Virus record (IMG/VR): IMGVR_UViG_3300045970_000382
Span: 32,001-96,000 of that record
Origin: a virus
Strand: one strand, 5' to 3'
Length of the DNA stretch: 64,000 nt
Each line of letters begins with the position of its first letter. Within the stretch, counting starts at the first letter, position 1. Below the pieces are notes generated by a model. That model was given only the letters and a program-made list of their open reading frames with translations. It searched no databases and was not told where the DNA came from. Of the stretch, positions 29,700-39,100 are shown piece by piece. The position numbers and the translations under genes are program-made.

Positions 29700-30467
29700 A
29701 TGACAATCAAATTTGCCACCGCTATAAGAAATTCCCGTGCAGGATCCATAGCCACAGCGATAGATGCTGGAGCTACTCCAGGAACTCTTAAACTTTACAC
29801 AGGTAGTAGACCTGCCACTTCTGGAGGTGCTATTGATCCTTTCAACAACATTCTATTAGGTACATTGACATTCAGTAAACCATGTTCAGCTTCTATTGAT
29901 AATGGTGTATTAACATTTTCTGCCATTGCTCAAGACACGGCTGCGGATAATAACGGAACTGCAAGTTGGGCACGGATCAATAACGGGGATGGTGGTTACG
30001 TTATGGATCTTGATGTTTCAAACAATAGCGGAAGCGGGGACATAAAACTTAATGAGATTATAGAAATAGAAATCTCTGGGTTCATTGCAGAGTAATCTGC
30101 AACAGCAAACTATGTGAATTGCTGGGATCTCTTATTCATTATCGGGTGAATAAGACAATCAGCAGCCAAGCTAAAATGGATTTTGGAAGGTTCAACGACT
30201 ATCCAAAGCAGATGGATTATTTAAAATAATCCGGGTAAGTGAGTAGAGTACGAATCAAGTGATTCGGAAGTGCATAGCCCCTAATTAAGATAGCATGATG
30301 CTAGGTAGGGTGAAGAAATAGTCTCAACATTACAGGTGACTGTAAGCAGCTTTAAAAAGCGGAATAGATTTAACGAATCTATTTGAAGGTGATGCAATAG
30401 TACCGATATAATCCAAGGAGGACCTATCAGCGTGATCTCGGCATCTATAACCGAAGGAAACGCCTAG
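29700..30467 (+). CDS. 140-aa virion structural protein, spliced: exon 1 29700-30049, exon 2 30395-30467
   Basis: Joining AAA CT|C AAT AGT gives ...GSGDIKLNSTDIIQGGPISVISASITEGNA*, the expected end for this TLKLYTG / GTASWARI family. Confidence 0.85.
30050..30394 (+). ncRNA. Group I intron (ORF-less, 345 nt, IA-like)
   Basis: P aattgctggga 30117; Q aatcagcagccaag 30157; R gttcaacgactat 30190; S aagaaatagtct 30313; P3 ctatgt/gcatag; P2 ttgcaga/tctgcaa; 5' exon ends in U paired to G30079; intron ends in G. Confidence 0.92.
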
Positions 30468-30488
30468 CTTGTATAACTGCTTTAATGC

Positions 30489-30517
30489 TTGACAAATCCT
30501 TTTAGTTGGTTTAAACT
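30489..30517 (+). promoter_or_regulatory. Sigma70-like promoter of the HNH gene
   Basis: TTGACA 30489-30494, 17-nt spacer, TAAACT 30512-30517. Confidence 0.75.
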
Positions 30518-30549
30518 CTTAGTCGTAAATTAACCGACTAAGAGGATTT
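30494..30549 (+). promoter_or_regulatory. Two alternative hairpins sequestering the HNH RBS (gagga)
   Basis: 30494-30511 pairs 30532-30549 (18 bp, 2 G-U); ctcttagtcg 30516-30525 pairs cgactaagag 30535-30544. Confidence 0.8.
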
Positions 30550-30553
30550 TCAA

Positions 30554-31276
30554 ATGTTAAAAAAATTATGTAAAGAGAGTGGATGTGATAGACCTGCGAG
30601 AGCTATAGGTTTATGTACTCTTCACTATAATAGATTAAAACCTATAAAGAATTTAAAAAAATGTTCTGTTGAAAATTGTGTACAATTAACAGCAGGAAAA
30701 AATGGAGTATGTAAAGAACATTATCAAGAATTTTTAAGAAATGGTACGATAAAAAGTTATGAAAGGGATCCAATAGAAATTAGATTTAAATCTAAATATA
30801 AAGTAGATTTAAATACAGATTGTTGGAATTGGACTGCTAGTAAGGATGATTGTGGTTATGGTTATTTCTTAAAAGATGGTAGACCACATAGAGCACATAG
30901 AATTAGTTATGAATTTCATAAAGGTCCTATTCCAGAAGGAATAGAAGTTTGTCATACTTGTGATAATCCTCCTTGTGTTAATCCAGATCATTTATTTCTT
31001 GGAACACATAAAGTAAATATGGGTGATATGGTTAATAAAGGAAGAAGTAAAGGTACTCCTGGAGAAGCCCACAATAAAGCTAAATTGACAGATGAAAAAG
31101 TTTTAGAGATACGACGACTTTTTAATGCTGGATATTCTGAATCAGCTTTAGTAAAGAAATTCAAAGTTTGTCAGAGTACGATAAATAGAGTTATACTAAG
31201 ACAGACTTGGTCTCATGTAAAAGAACCTGAACCTGAAAAATTAACATTTAAAACACGAGTTAAAACTCATGTTTAA
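30554..31276 (+). CDS. Free-standing HNH endonuclease with N-terminal Cys/His repeats and C-terminal HTH
   Basis: CW.W, AHRISYE...GPIP.G..VCHTCDNPPCVNPDHLFLGT...NM.DM; AKLT...V.EIR. Confidence 0.9.
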   Translation: MLKKLCKESGCDRPARAIGLCTLHYNRLKPIKNLKKCSVENCVQLTAGKNGVCKEHYQEFLRNGTIKSYERDPIEIRFKSKYKVDLNTDCWNWTASKDDCGYGYFLKDGRPHRAHRISYEFHKGPIPEGIEVCHTCDNPPCVNPDHLFLGTHKVNMGDMVNKGRSKGTPGEAHNKAKLTDEKVLEIRRLFNAGYSESALVKKFKVCQSTINRVILRQTWSHVKEPEPEKLTFKTRVKTHV

Positions 31277-31481
31277 AAAAAGAACAAAAACTAGAGTTAG
31301 CAAGCAGATTACTTTAGAACAAGTTGAATTTATTAAATTCAGATTGAAGTCTGGAGAAGATATTCCTTCTTTAGCAAAAGAATATGATCTAACAGTTACA
31401 CGAATTGCTGCGATAGGTAAACACGTTCTTAAAACCCATATTAAAAGTGGTTTGAAACTTCGTAAATGTAGTTTGCGGTAG
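31269..31481 (+). CDS. Small basic HTH protein
   Basis: ITLEQVEFIK.RL.SG.....LAKEY.L....I..I resembles the HTH of the upstream HNH; 8-nt overlap. Confidence 0.55.
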   Translation: MFKKRTKTRVSKQITLEQVEFIKFRLKSGEDIPSLAKEYDLTVTRIAAIGKHVLKTHIKSGLKLRKCSLR

Positions 31482-31491
31482 TTCGAGAAAG

Positions 31492-31533
31492 TGGCTGTTT
31501 AAGCCAAGAATCTGGCTGTTTAAGCCATTTTTT
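31492..31533 (+). terminator. Duplicated hairpin / intrinsic terminator
   Basis: tggctgtttaagcca at 31492 and 31513, the second followed by six T. Confidence 0.65.
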
Positions 31534-31550
31534 CAAATTAGCATTATCAG

Positions 31551-31577
31551 TGTGAAGCTTTATACTGTGAAGCTTTA
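31551..31577. repeat. 12-bp direct repeat tgtgaagcttta x2
   Basis: Copies at 31551 and 31566. Confidence 0.7.
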
Positions 31578-31603
31578 AAACGCTTATTTTTGGGGATAAA
31601 GTT

Positions 31604-31705
31604 ATGGCTATGAAAACACAACAAGATAGAGATTTTGATGCTTTAACTGCAAAAGTAATCGTATTTGTTTTAGTAGTGGTGGCGTTGGTTTTATTTTTTG
31701 TTTAG
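31604..31705 (+). CDS. 33-aa single-TM membrane peptide (not in ORF track)
   Basis: MAMKTQQDRDFDALTAKVIVFVLVVVALVLFFV*, gggga upstream. Confidence 0.5.
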   Translation: MAMKTQQDRDFDALTAKVIVFVLVVVALVLFFV

Positions 31706-31714
31706 GAATTAATT

Positions 31715-33382
31715 ATGGCAGTTTCAAGTAATCTTGGGGCGTATGTTCAGCTTAAGTTATCTGGAGGCACAGGTAACCAAGACGGTAATTCTTCATTAGG
31801 TGGAGTAGTTTCAAGTAAAACTATAACCAGCCAGACAGTGGCTACGTTATTAAGTGCAAAACCCTTAAAAAGGTTTGCAATATCTGCCATAACCAGTTCT
31901 GCCAAGCGTAGAACCAATTATCTTATAGATAGCATCACACAAAATTTTACTCTAAATCATAGTCCAGATCCTTTTATTTTAGGATTAACTTGGATTAATG
32001 CTTTACCTGCTAATATAACAAATCTTGTTCCAACAGGTTTAGGTACTGATACCAGTTATGCACTCTATTTTAAAAAAGTAGTTGTATCCACTTCGTTAAC
32101 AGAATATTATGCCATTCTTATTCCAGATGTGTTTTTAGATAACGAACCATTGCTGGATGCTGAAACGGGTATCCAAGGAACTAAATCTTTGCTTTTTGAA
32201 AGTACTCCGTGGTCGTATGGAGTAGGTTATCCTACTTGGAATAAATATTATTTAGATAGCAATGGTGCTGTTCTAACATCTAGTTATGCTAAAAAGATTT
32301 TATCTGTTACTACGAATACCAGTACTGGAGCACCTATTATTGGGACTTATCCGGCATTAGTAGCTATTACTGATCCTAAATCCATAAATGGTTATATTGA
32401 ATTTGGGTTGTCTTTTGCTTGGGCTAGTGGTGTGCAAGTTACGGGTACTATTTCTGCTGATTTAGATGGTGGAGTGTATCCATTTCAATTAAAAGTTAAT
32501 GGTAATTCCTATAAGAAATTTGCAGTGGTAAATGATGCTCCTTTTGTGAGAAATACTTATACTGTCACTAATTTAGCCGCTCCTACTACAGATATACAAA
32601 GACCTGACTATAAGTTTAATAATGGTATTACGGGAATTACTGTGCTTGATTCAGGTGGTTGGGCTATTGCATCAGACTATTCAGTAGTCTATGATATGGC
32701 TACTAAACGTTGTGCTGTTCTTGAAAATAGATGGCAGGAAGATTTAAATTATATTCAAGCGGTGGGCAGCACCACTTACAATTTTGAAACCATTGTTTCG
32801 GAAGATGTTAATTATGCAGGTTGGCGTTATGGTGATTGGTCAGATGTATCTATAAATGGCAATTATAAACTCCATAATTCAGCAAAGAATAAATGGCTCA
32901 CTATTTCAGTTATTAATTCCATGTTACCTGTTTCTGGAAATAGATTTCAAATAGTAGATATTCAATCCAGTAATAAAAAGAATGAGTTATTTGATTCTAT
33001 AAAACGAGCAGAAGCACATTTTGGTGATACGGAATATAGATCTTTTTATATTGCTAATACCCATGCAACAGAAGCTATGTGGCAAGTTAAAGTCTATATA
33101 GATTCTCAACCAGTATCAGGAATAGATACACTAGAATTAGGATTAGATCCTGCTGGAATAGGCAATGGATCAACTACGGGGGTGGCTGTCACTATTGTAG
33201 ATGAGAGTACTGCTCCTGTTGGAGTTACTTTTACTACTCCAACTAAGTTAGCTCCTCTAGTAATAGGAGATTTATTACCCTATGAATGTGCTGCGGTTTG
33301 GATTAAACGAACAGTACCGGAAGGAGTGGAATGTGACATTTGGGATAATTTTAGCAGTATTGGAGTATCTGGTCTAATTTAA
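31715..33382 (+). CDS. Virion structural protein with large internal insertion
   Basis: N-terminal LSGG..N.D.N.SLGG..SS and C-terminal NELFD...EA..G.TEYR..Y...TAP.GVTF...AVW.KRTVP. Confidence 0.65.
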   Translation: MAVSSNLGAYVQLKLSGGTGNQDGNSSLGGVVSSKTITSQTVATLLSAKPLKRFAISAITSSAKRRTNYLIDSITQNFTLNHSPDPFILGLTWINALPANITNLVPTGLGTDTSYALYFKKVVVSTSLTEYYAILIPDVFLDNEPLLDAETGIQGTKSLLFESTPWSYGVGYPTWNKYYLDSNGAVLTSSYAKKILSVTTNTSTGAPIIGTYPALVAITDPKSINGYIEFGLSFAWASGVQVTGTISADLDGGVYPFQLKVNGNSYKKFAVVNDAPFVRNTYTVTNLAAPTTDIQRPDYKFNNGITGITVLDSGGWAIASDYSVVYDMATKRCAVLENRWQEDLNYIQAVGSTTYNFETIVSEDVNYAGWRYGDWSDVSINGNYKLHNSAKNKWLTISVINSMLPVSGNRFQIVDIQSSNKKNELFDSIKRAEAHFGDTEYRSFYIANTHATEAMWQVKVYIDSQPVSGIDTLELGLDPAGIGNGSTTGVAVTIVDESTAPVGVTFTTPTKLAPLVIGDLLPYECAAVWIKRTVPEGVECDIWDNFSSIGVSGLI

Positions 33383-33393
33383 AGGGGATTAAT

Positions 33394-33594
33394 ATGTTAG
33401 ATTATCAACAAAGAGTTATTGATGAAAAAATAGAATTAGATGAAAAACTTGAAAAATTATTGATTTTTATTTCTTCTGATTTTTTTTCTAAAACAATATC
33501 TTTTGAAGAACAAATTAGATTAAGAAAACAGTCTGTAAGTATGACAGCATATTCAGAAATTTTAGCAGAAAGAATAGAAGCATTTAGTCTTTAA
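33394..33594 (+). CDS. crAss001_48 / T4 DenB.1-like small helical protein (putative nucleotide-signal sponge)
   Basis: YQQRV..EK.ELD.KL.KL..FI....F......EQ..L..Q...M..YS.IL.ERI..F. Confidence 0.7.
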   Translation: MLDYQQRVIDEKIELDEKLEKLLIFISSDFFSKTISFEEQIRLRKQSVSMTAYSEILAERIEAFSL

Positions 33595-33600
33595 TATCTT

Positions 33601-35247
33601 ATGCGTATATATTTCGGTTTTGGATGGATTCATACTCCAGATGTAATAGCCAGTTTTACAGGTGGACTTATTCAGAAAAGTTGGCATTTAGATTTAATTT
33701 GTAAAAGGGATTATTTAAATAATTTATATCTAGGTGGTGCTTTTTCTGAAAGTGGTAAAAATGTAGCTATTTATATTTTAAGTACAGGTATAACATTTAG
33801 TTCTAAAACTCTTAAAAATAGAGTTTTTCAACTTTATGGTAACGAAGATATTGATGGTCATGGAACTGCATTGGCTTCTATAGTGGCAGGTGTTCAGTAT
33901 GGTATTGCACGTTCTGCTCATGTTTATGGTCTTACTTTAGATTATGCTAATTTAAGAACTTCTTTAGATGCTGCTATTACTGTAGTTTTAAATCATATTG
34001 CTAATGGAACTAATAAAGCTGTAGTATTATTAGATGCTTTAGAAGTTCCTGAAGAGTCTAATAATTTTAGATTTACCAGTGATTCTGATAATGCTCTTAC
34101 TCTTAGTGTGCAAAGATTATTAGATTTAAACATAACGACAATTGCTTGTGCAAAATCAGGTTACTATAATAAAGGTAATTGGCTAGGAAATTTGAATTTG
34201 GATTTTCTTCCACCAATCAGTACTACAGACGTTATGTCTTTTGTTGGTTTTGATAATAGATTTATTCATTATCTTTATTGCAATTATGGAGCATCAGCTT
34301 TCTTATATGCTCCATGTTGTATGATTGTTGTAGAATCTTTACAAGGTATTTTGTATTATGATTCTCATGCAGATTATGCTTCAGCTATTGGTACAGGTAT
34401 TGCTGCATTATGCCTATCAAAAAATCCACATTGGGGGCATAAACAAGTAAAAGCCTTTCTTAAAAGAATTTGTAGAACTAAAAAAATAAATAACAGTAGG
34501 TCTTATGGTTATGATGCTATTGTTGGTATGGATAGAGATTTTGTGTTAGATAAACAAGGGCATATTATTGTTTATACTTATCCTAATTTTACAATGTTGA
34601 CCAGTGATTCTGTTAATGCTTATTTTATTAAAAATCTGTTAGAATTTAATTCAGATGCAGATCTTGGAGAATTTAATAGTAACCAAACTATCTCTATATC
34701 TTTTGATGTAATTTGTAAGTCTTTTTATGAAGAAAATAAACCTTATCTTTTAAAGATACTTTCTAGTGACTGTGCTTTTTTAAAAATAGATTCAGCTAAT
34801 AAACTCTATGGTTTTGTACCTGTTCATAAAACAGATATTTCATACAGTATTATTTTAGGAATAAGTAATGGTGTTAATGCTCTTTCAAAGACTTTGATTT
34901 TTAAAATAAAGACCACGGTGACTCAAAGTAAGGTAGCGGCTGTTAAAGTTATTGTAAAAGAAAAGAATTGGTTAGATTTTAATTTAGTATATAAAGAACA
35001 TGAGAAATATAATTTAGTTGAGACGCAATTTCATTTAAAGACTTCTATTACTAGACCTGTCAGTAGAGAAGTAGGATTTTATGACCATGTTTCAGGTCAT
35101 TATTCTAATTCAATAAAATCTTCTCCTAATACAGGGGATGCTTTCGTTGATACTAAGTCAGATAGATTGTATGCTATAATAGCAGAAGATAAAAAAGATA
35201 GATTAATATCTGATTCTAAAATAATAAGTAGGATAGATCCGCAATGA
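33601..35247 (+). CDS. Subtilase (S8)-like domain protein, probably inactive, with family B-like C-terminus
   Basis: WHLD.I, G.NV.IYILSTGI, D.DGHGT..ASIVAG..YGIA, NYG....LYAP; catalytic Asp and Ser positions substituted. Confidence 0.7.
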   Translation: MRIYFGFGWIHTPDVIASFTGGLIQKSWHLDLICKRDYLNNLYLGGAFSESGKNVAIYILSTGITFSSKTLKNRVFQLYGNEDIDGHGTALASIVAGVQYGIARSAHVYGLTLDYANLRTSLDAAITVVLNHIANGTNKAVVLLDALEVPEESNNFRFTSDSDNALTLSVQRLLDLNITTIACAKSGYYNKGNWLGNLNLDFLPPISTTDVMSFVGFDNRFIHYLYCNYGASAFLYAPCCMIVVESLQGILYYDSHADYASAIGTGIAALCLSKNPHWGHKQVKAFLKRICRTKKINNSRSYGYDAIVGMDRDFVLDKQGHIIVYTYPNFTMLTSDSVNAYFIKNLLEFNSDADLGEFNSNQTISISFDVICKSFYEENKPYLLKILSSDCAFLKIDSANKLYGFVPVHKTDISYSIILGISNGVNALSKTLIFKIKTTVTQSKVAAVKVIVKEKNWLDFNLVYKEHEKYNLVETQFHLKTSITRPVSREVGFYDHVSGHYSNSIKSSPNTGDAFVDTKSDRLYAIIAEDKKDRLISDSKIISRIDPQ

Positions 35248-36152
35248 CAGTTTCCACTTTTAGATCAATAGATTATGGAGCACCCGTTCTTAATGGTGAA
35301 TTTGGAGCTTTTTTTAATGTTCTTAATACGTGTTTAGTGACAGGTTATGCTGCTAATGGTGGTGCTGGTTGGACTAATCCTTATTTTGATGCTCAAAATA
35401 ATTATGTTTTACGAACGGGTTTACCTGGGTATGGTTTTTGTCTTAGAATAGCAGATCAATATACAGACCATGCCAATTTTGCAGTTATGGCGGGTTTTTC
35501 TAGTATGACAGGTTTAAATGTAGGTGAAGATTGTACTCCTACTGTTTTACAGTCCCTTTATGGTGTAGGACTTTGTAAAAGCATTACTGCAAATACAGTT
35601 GCTAGAAATTGGCTTATTGTTGCTAACCAACGATTTTTTTATCTGTTTATTTGTGCAGATGGTTCTTCTGATTTTACTACAGCAGAAGGTTATTGTTTTG
35701 GACAGTTTGATTCATTTAGAGTTGATGATGAATTTAATTGTATTCTTATTGGTAGAGATCCAGTAGACTTTTCAATAGGTAATTATTCTTATTTTGCAAA
35801 TTCAGGTGCGACAAATGCTGCAATAGGTAAGCATTGGTTAATGCGGAGTTATACTCAAATAGGTGCTGCTGTACCTTGTGGTAAGCATTATGATATCAGT
35901 AAAACTGCTCTGCCTTTTCCAAATCTAGTAGATGGAAATTTATATTTATCTCCTGTATTTATAACAGAATCTACTTTGAATTGTGTACGTGGTAAATTAC
36001 CAGGATTATGGGCTATTTGTCATAATAAATCTTATTTTAATCACGGTGATGTTTTTACAGGTAATGGAGATCTTGCTGGTAAGACTTTTATGGTAGTAAA
36101 AGTCTATAATGGAGCTTTTGCTTTAGAAACATCTGATACTTGGGATGCTTGA
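35244..36152 (+). CDS. Virion adaptor/fibre protein, family A copy 4 (no insert)
   Basis: FRSIDYGAPVLNG...VL.TCLVTGY, GW, RGKLPGLW, terminal DTW. Confidence 0.65.
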   Translation: MTVSTFRSIDYGAPVLNGEFGAFFNVLNTCLVTGYAANGGAGWTNPYFDAQNNYVLRTGLPGYGFCLRIADQYTDHANFAVMAGFSSMTGLNVGEDCTPTVLQSLYGVGLCKSITANTVARNWLIVANQRFFYLFICADGSSDFTTAEGYCFGQFDSFRVDDEFNCILIGRDPVDFSIGNYSYFANSGATNAAIGKHWLMRSYTQIGAAVPCGKHYDISKTALPFPNLVDGNLYLSPVFITESTLNCVRGKLPGLWAICHNKSYFNHGDVFTGNGDLAGKTFMVVKVYNGAFALETSDTWDA

Positions 36153-39100
36153 TTGTGGCTACCAAGATTTTAAAGCCTACAAAAGAAGCAACTTTTTTTG
36201 CTGCTCCATTTGGCCCTTATAATCAATTTCTTTTCAATGATAGTGGACTTTATGTAGAAAGTGGAGCTCTTTCACTTCAATATTCTGGCTATGCTAACAT
36301 CAATTCTTATTTTCCAGAACAACTTTATACAAATATAGAAACTTGTCCAATAACTGGATATCTTTTTGTTAATTCTTCTAGAGTGAATTCTTCTGATGGA
36401 TGTCAAGAAGATAAAGTAGTGAGTGTTAGTGGGACTAATACTGCTAAAGGAGTTAAGGGATTTTTAGAATCAATAGCATTTGGTTGTGAGAAAAAAGTAG
36501 ATGAAGTTGAGTGTATGAATCCTAATGGAAATTCTTATACTCTATATAGACATGAAATTGCACCTAAGACTATTATAGATTTTCCTATTTTACCAATAGT
36601 TCCTAGTGCTGGCGGTCAGATGGCAGTAGGACAAGCTTATCTAGAATGGAGAAATAATTGGTTAAAGTCTCAAATGACCCAATCTTATATAAAAGGTTAT
36701 AGTTTTAATAGTTCACCTTTTGCTTTAAAGAGTGAGAAAGCTGATATTTGTGATTGTGATTTAATAGATAGAAAATATAATCTTAAAAGATATGTACATC
36801 CACAAAGTTTCAGTGGTAAAACTAGACTATTTGTTCAGTCTATTTTTGGATCTAAAGAAAAACTGATGGATGTTGAAATAAATGGAATTACTGTTTCAGT
36901 TATGTATCATGGTTTAGCAAAAAATACTGATGATACTAAACGTAAAAGAATTGCATCTTTAGATAAACAGTTTACGAAGTTACATACGGATGATGCGGGA
37001 AATTATTATCTATTACAAGTATCTTCTTCAATATCTATTAATGCGCTTGTACCTTCTAGAGAAGGACGTTTATTACAAAAATGGTTGAAGACTAAGAATT
37101 TTGATAAAAAGAAAAGTTCTGTTTATGAAGCATTTATTTTATCTTCTTGTTCACCAACCAAGACTGTTAATATTGCAGGAAGTTCTTTAGAAGGAGTATG
37201 TTATCAGAGTTTAGGTGGTTATGGGTGGAAGTCTAATTGGCGGGGTAATGAATTTTCAATAGCTACTTTAGATTGGGAAACACCTTGTAAAGCTAAACTC
37301 TTTACAGCTAATGTTACTTTAACAGATCCTGTTGTATTATATTCCGATGAAAAAGATAGAAAATTAGCTTCCATAGTAGAACAATATGAAGCTCCTGAAA
37401 TTTTAAAAAAATTGACAAAAGAAGAAAGAGAAGCTCTTGTTCCTGCCGTAGTTTCACAATATAAATCTATATATTCTTTATTAGTTACAGAAATTCCAGG
37501 TGAAAATCCAGAAGATCCTCCTATTAAAAAATATTGTATAGATGGTGATATACATGAAGGAGAATGGGGATGGGTTATATCTAATGAATTTAATGTGACT
37601 CCTTCTACAAAAAAGAATTTAGAAGATGAATTAAAAACTAAAAATAAACAAGATGGTGGCTTACCTTATTCTCCTACTTTTTTTAAAGATTTAGCTGATG
37701 CTTTTATAGTTTCAGAATCTTTAGCTGATTCTGGTGAATTTAAGTTCCCTTATTATGCAGACCGTATATTTACTTGGGATGAAATGTATGGAGTATTTAA
37801 TTTAGAATTACCTTACGACGTTCGTGACCATATTGGAGGTATGGCTGGATCAGGTCCTGTATATTGTTTTTATAATGATAAAGATCTGTTAAAGATAGTC
37901 TATTATCAAAATGGAGCAGTCACTCCAACTTCAACAAATGATAACGATAATTCTGAGAATCAGTGTGGTGATGCTTTTACAAGAGGATCTACTATAAATG
38001 GAGGAGGTGGAGGTTCTAGTTCTTTTTATATAGGAGGTATTGAAGTATTGAATTTGGCAGCTAGTAGTTATTCTCAATCTGAATCTTCTTCTAAACAATC
38101 TTGTGGTGGTTCTAATTTAGAATGTCTTGAGTATCCACCACACCCAGGGCCTTGTAATATTGTTTATTGTGGAACTTATTTTTGGAAAAATTTTAGAGGC
38201 AGTGTACAAGGAAGTTCTTTTTCATTTTCAGGAGGCCAGTCATCAAAAATATGTTTAGTAATTTCTAAATATGATTGTGAGACTGTTTTTATGGCTAGTG
38301 TTACTTCTTATAGTGGCAGTCATTCTGAATCACAAACAGATGGTAAAAATTGTATTTGTGCCCAATGGGTATCTCCAAGACGTAGTGCTGCTTATTGGCA
38401 ACCTTGTTTTTCACCATTAGAAAACTGTACTGCTCAAGGTGGTGAAGCTCCTTGTTGTGCTAAGGAAAAACAATATGGGCCTAAATTTGATCAGAACTAT
38501 GGGCCAGGTCAAGCCTGTGCTGATATAGGTCCTACTATGGGTGTAAATGGTGCTATTTTTATATTTGATGTTTATGGATTTTGGTTTAATGGCCCTAATT
38601 CTGATGCTGTTAGAGCAGGTGATAATAATCCTGACCCTAATAGAAATAATTTTGATTGGTCTAATTATAGTCATGTAGATCAAAATGCTATAGGTTGGCG
38701 TCCTTCTAAAAAAGGTAATATTCCCAGTAGAGGAGGATATTGCACTTATAGACCTACTACCCCTGATTGTGCGGGTGAAGAATTAAAATTTATTCCACAA
38801 GGAATCCAATTTGCGTATTTAGGAAGTGGGGCTGCATACGATTCTGATTGCAATATTAATTATTCAAGTAAATCTAAAAGTATGACCAGTTCAGTATTAA
38901 AAGTCTATGCTGTTACTAGAACTGATGAAACTCTTGTTTTAGAAGGCACTGAAGGTTATGGTGATCTAGGTAATATGTTTGCAGGTGATATTAGTGCGGG
39001 AAATGCTGTTTTTACTCCAGGTTGTCATGAATGGACTGGAGAACAAAAGTTTTTAGGCCGTATTGATCCAATGTTTCCGTATGTTGAATCAGTTGTAACT

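Noticed and set aside
29700-30095. 131-aa ORF as a complete gene
   Set aside because: Its last residues are read from the intron; the conserved C-terminus lies in exon 2
33601-35247. Prohead maturation protease
   Set aside because: Catalytic residues appear substituted and it lies among fibre genes, not head genes
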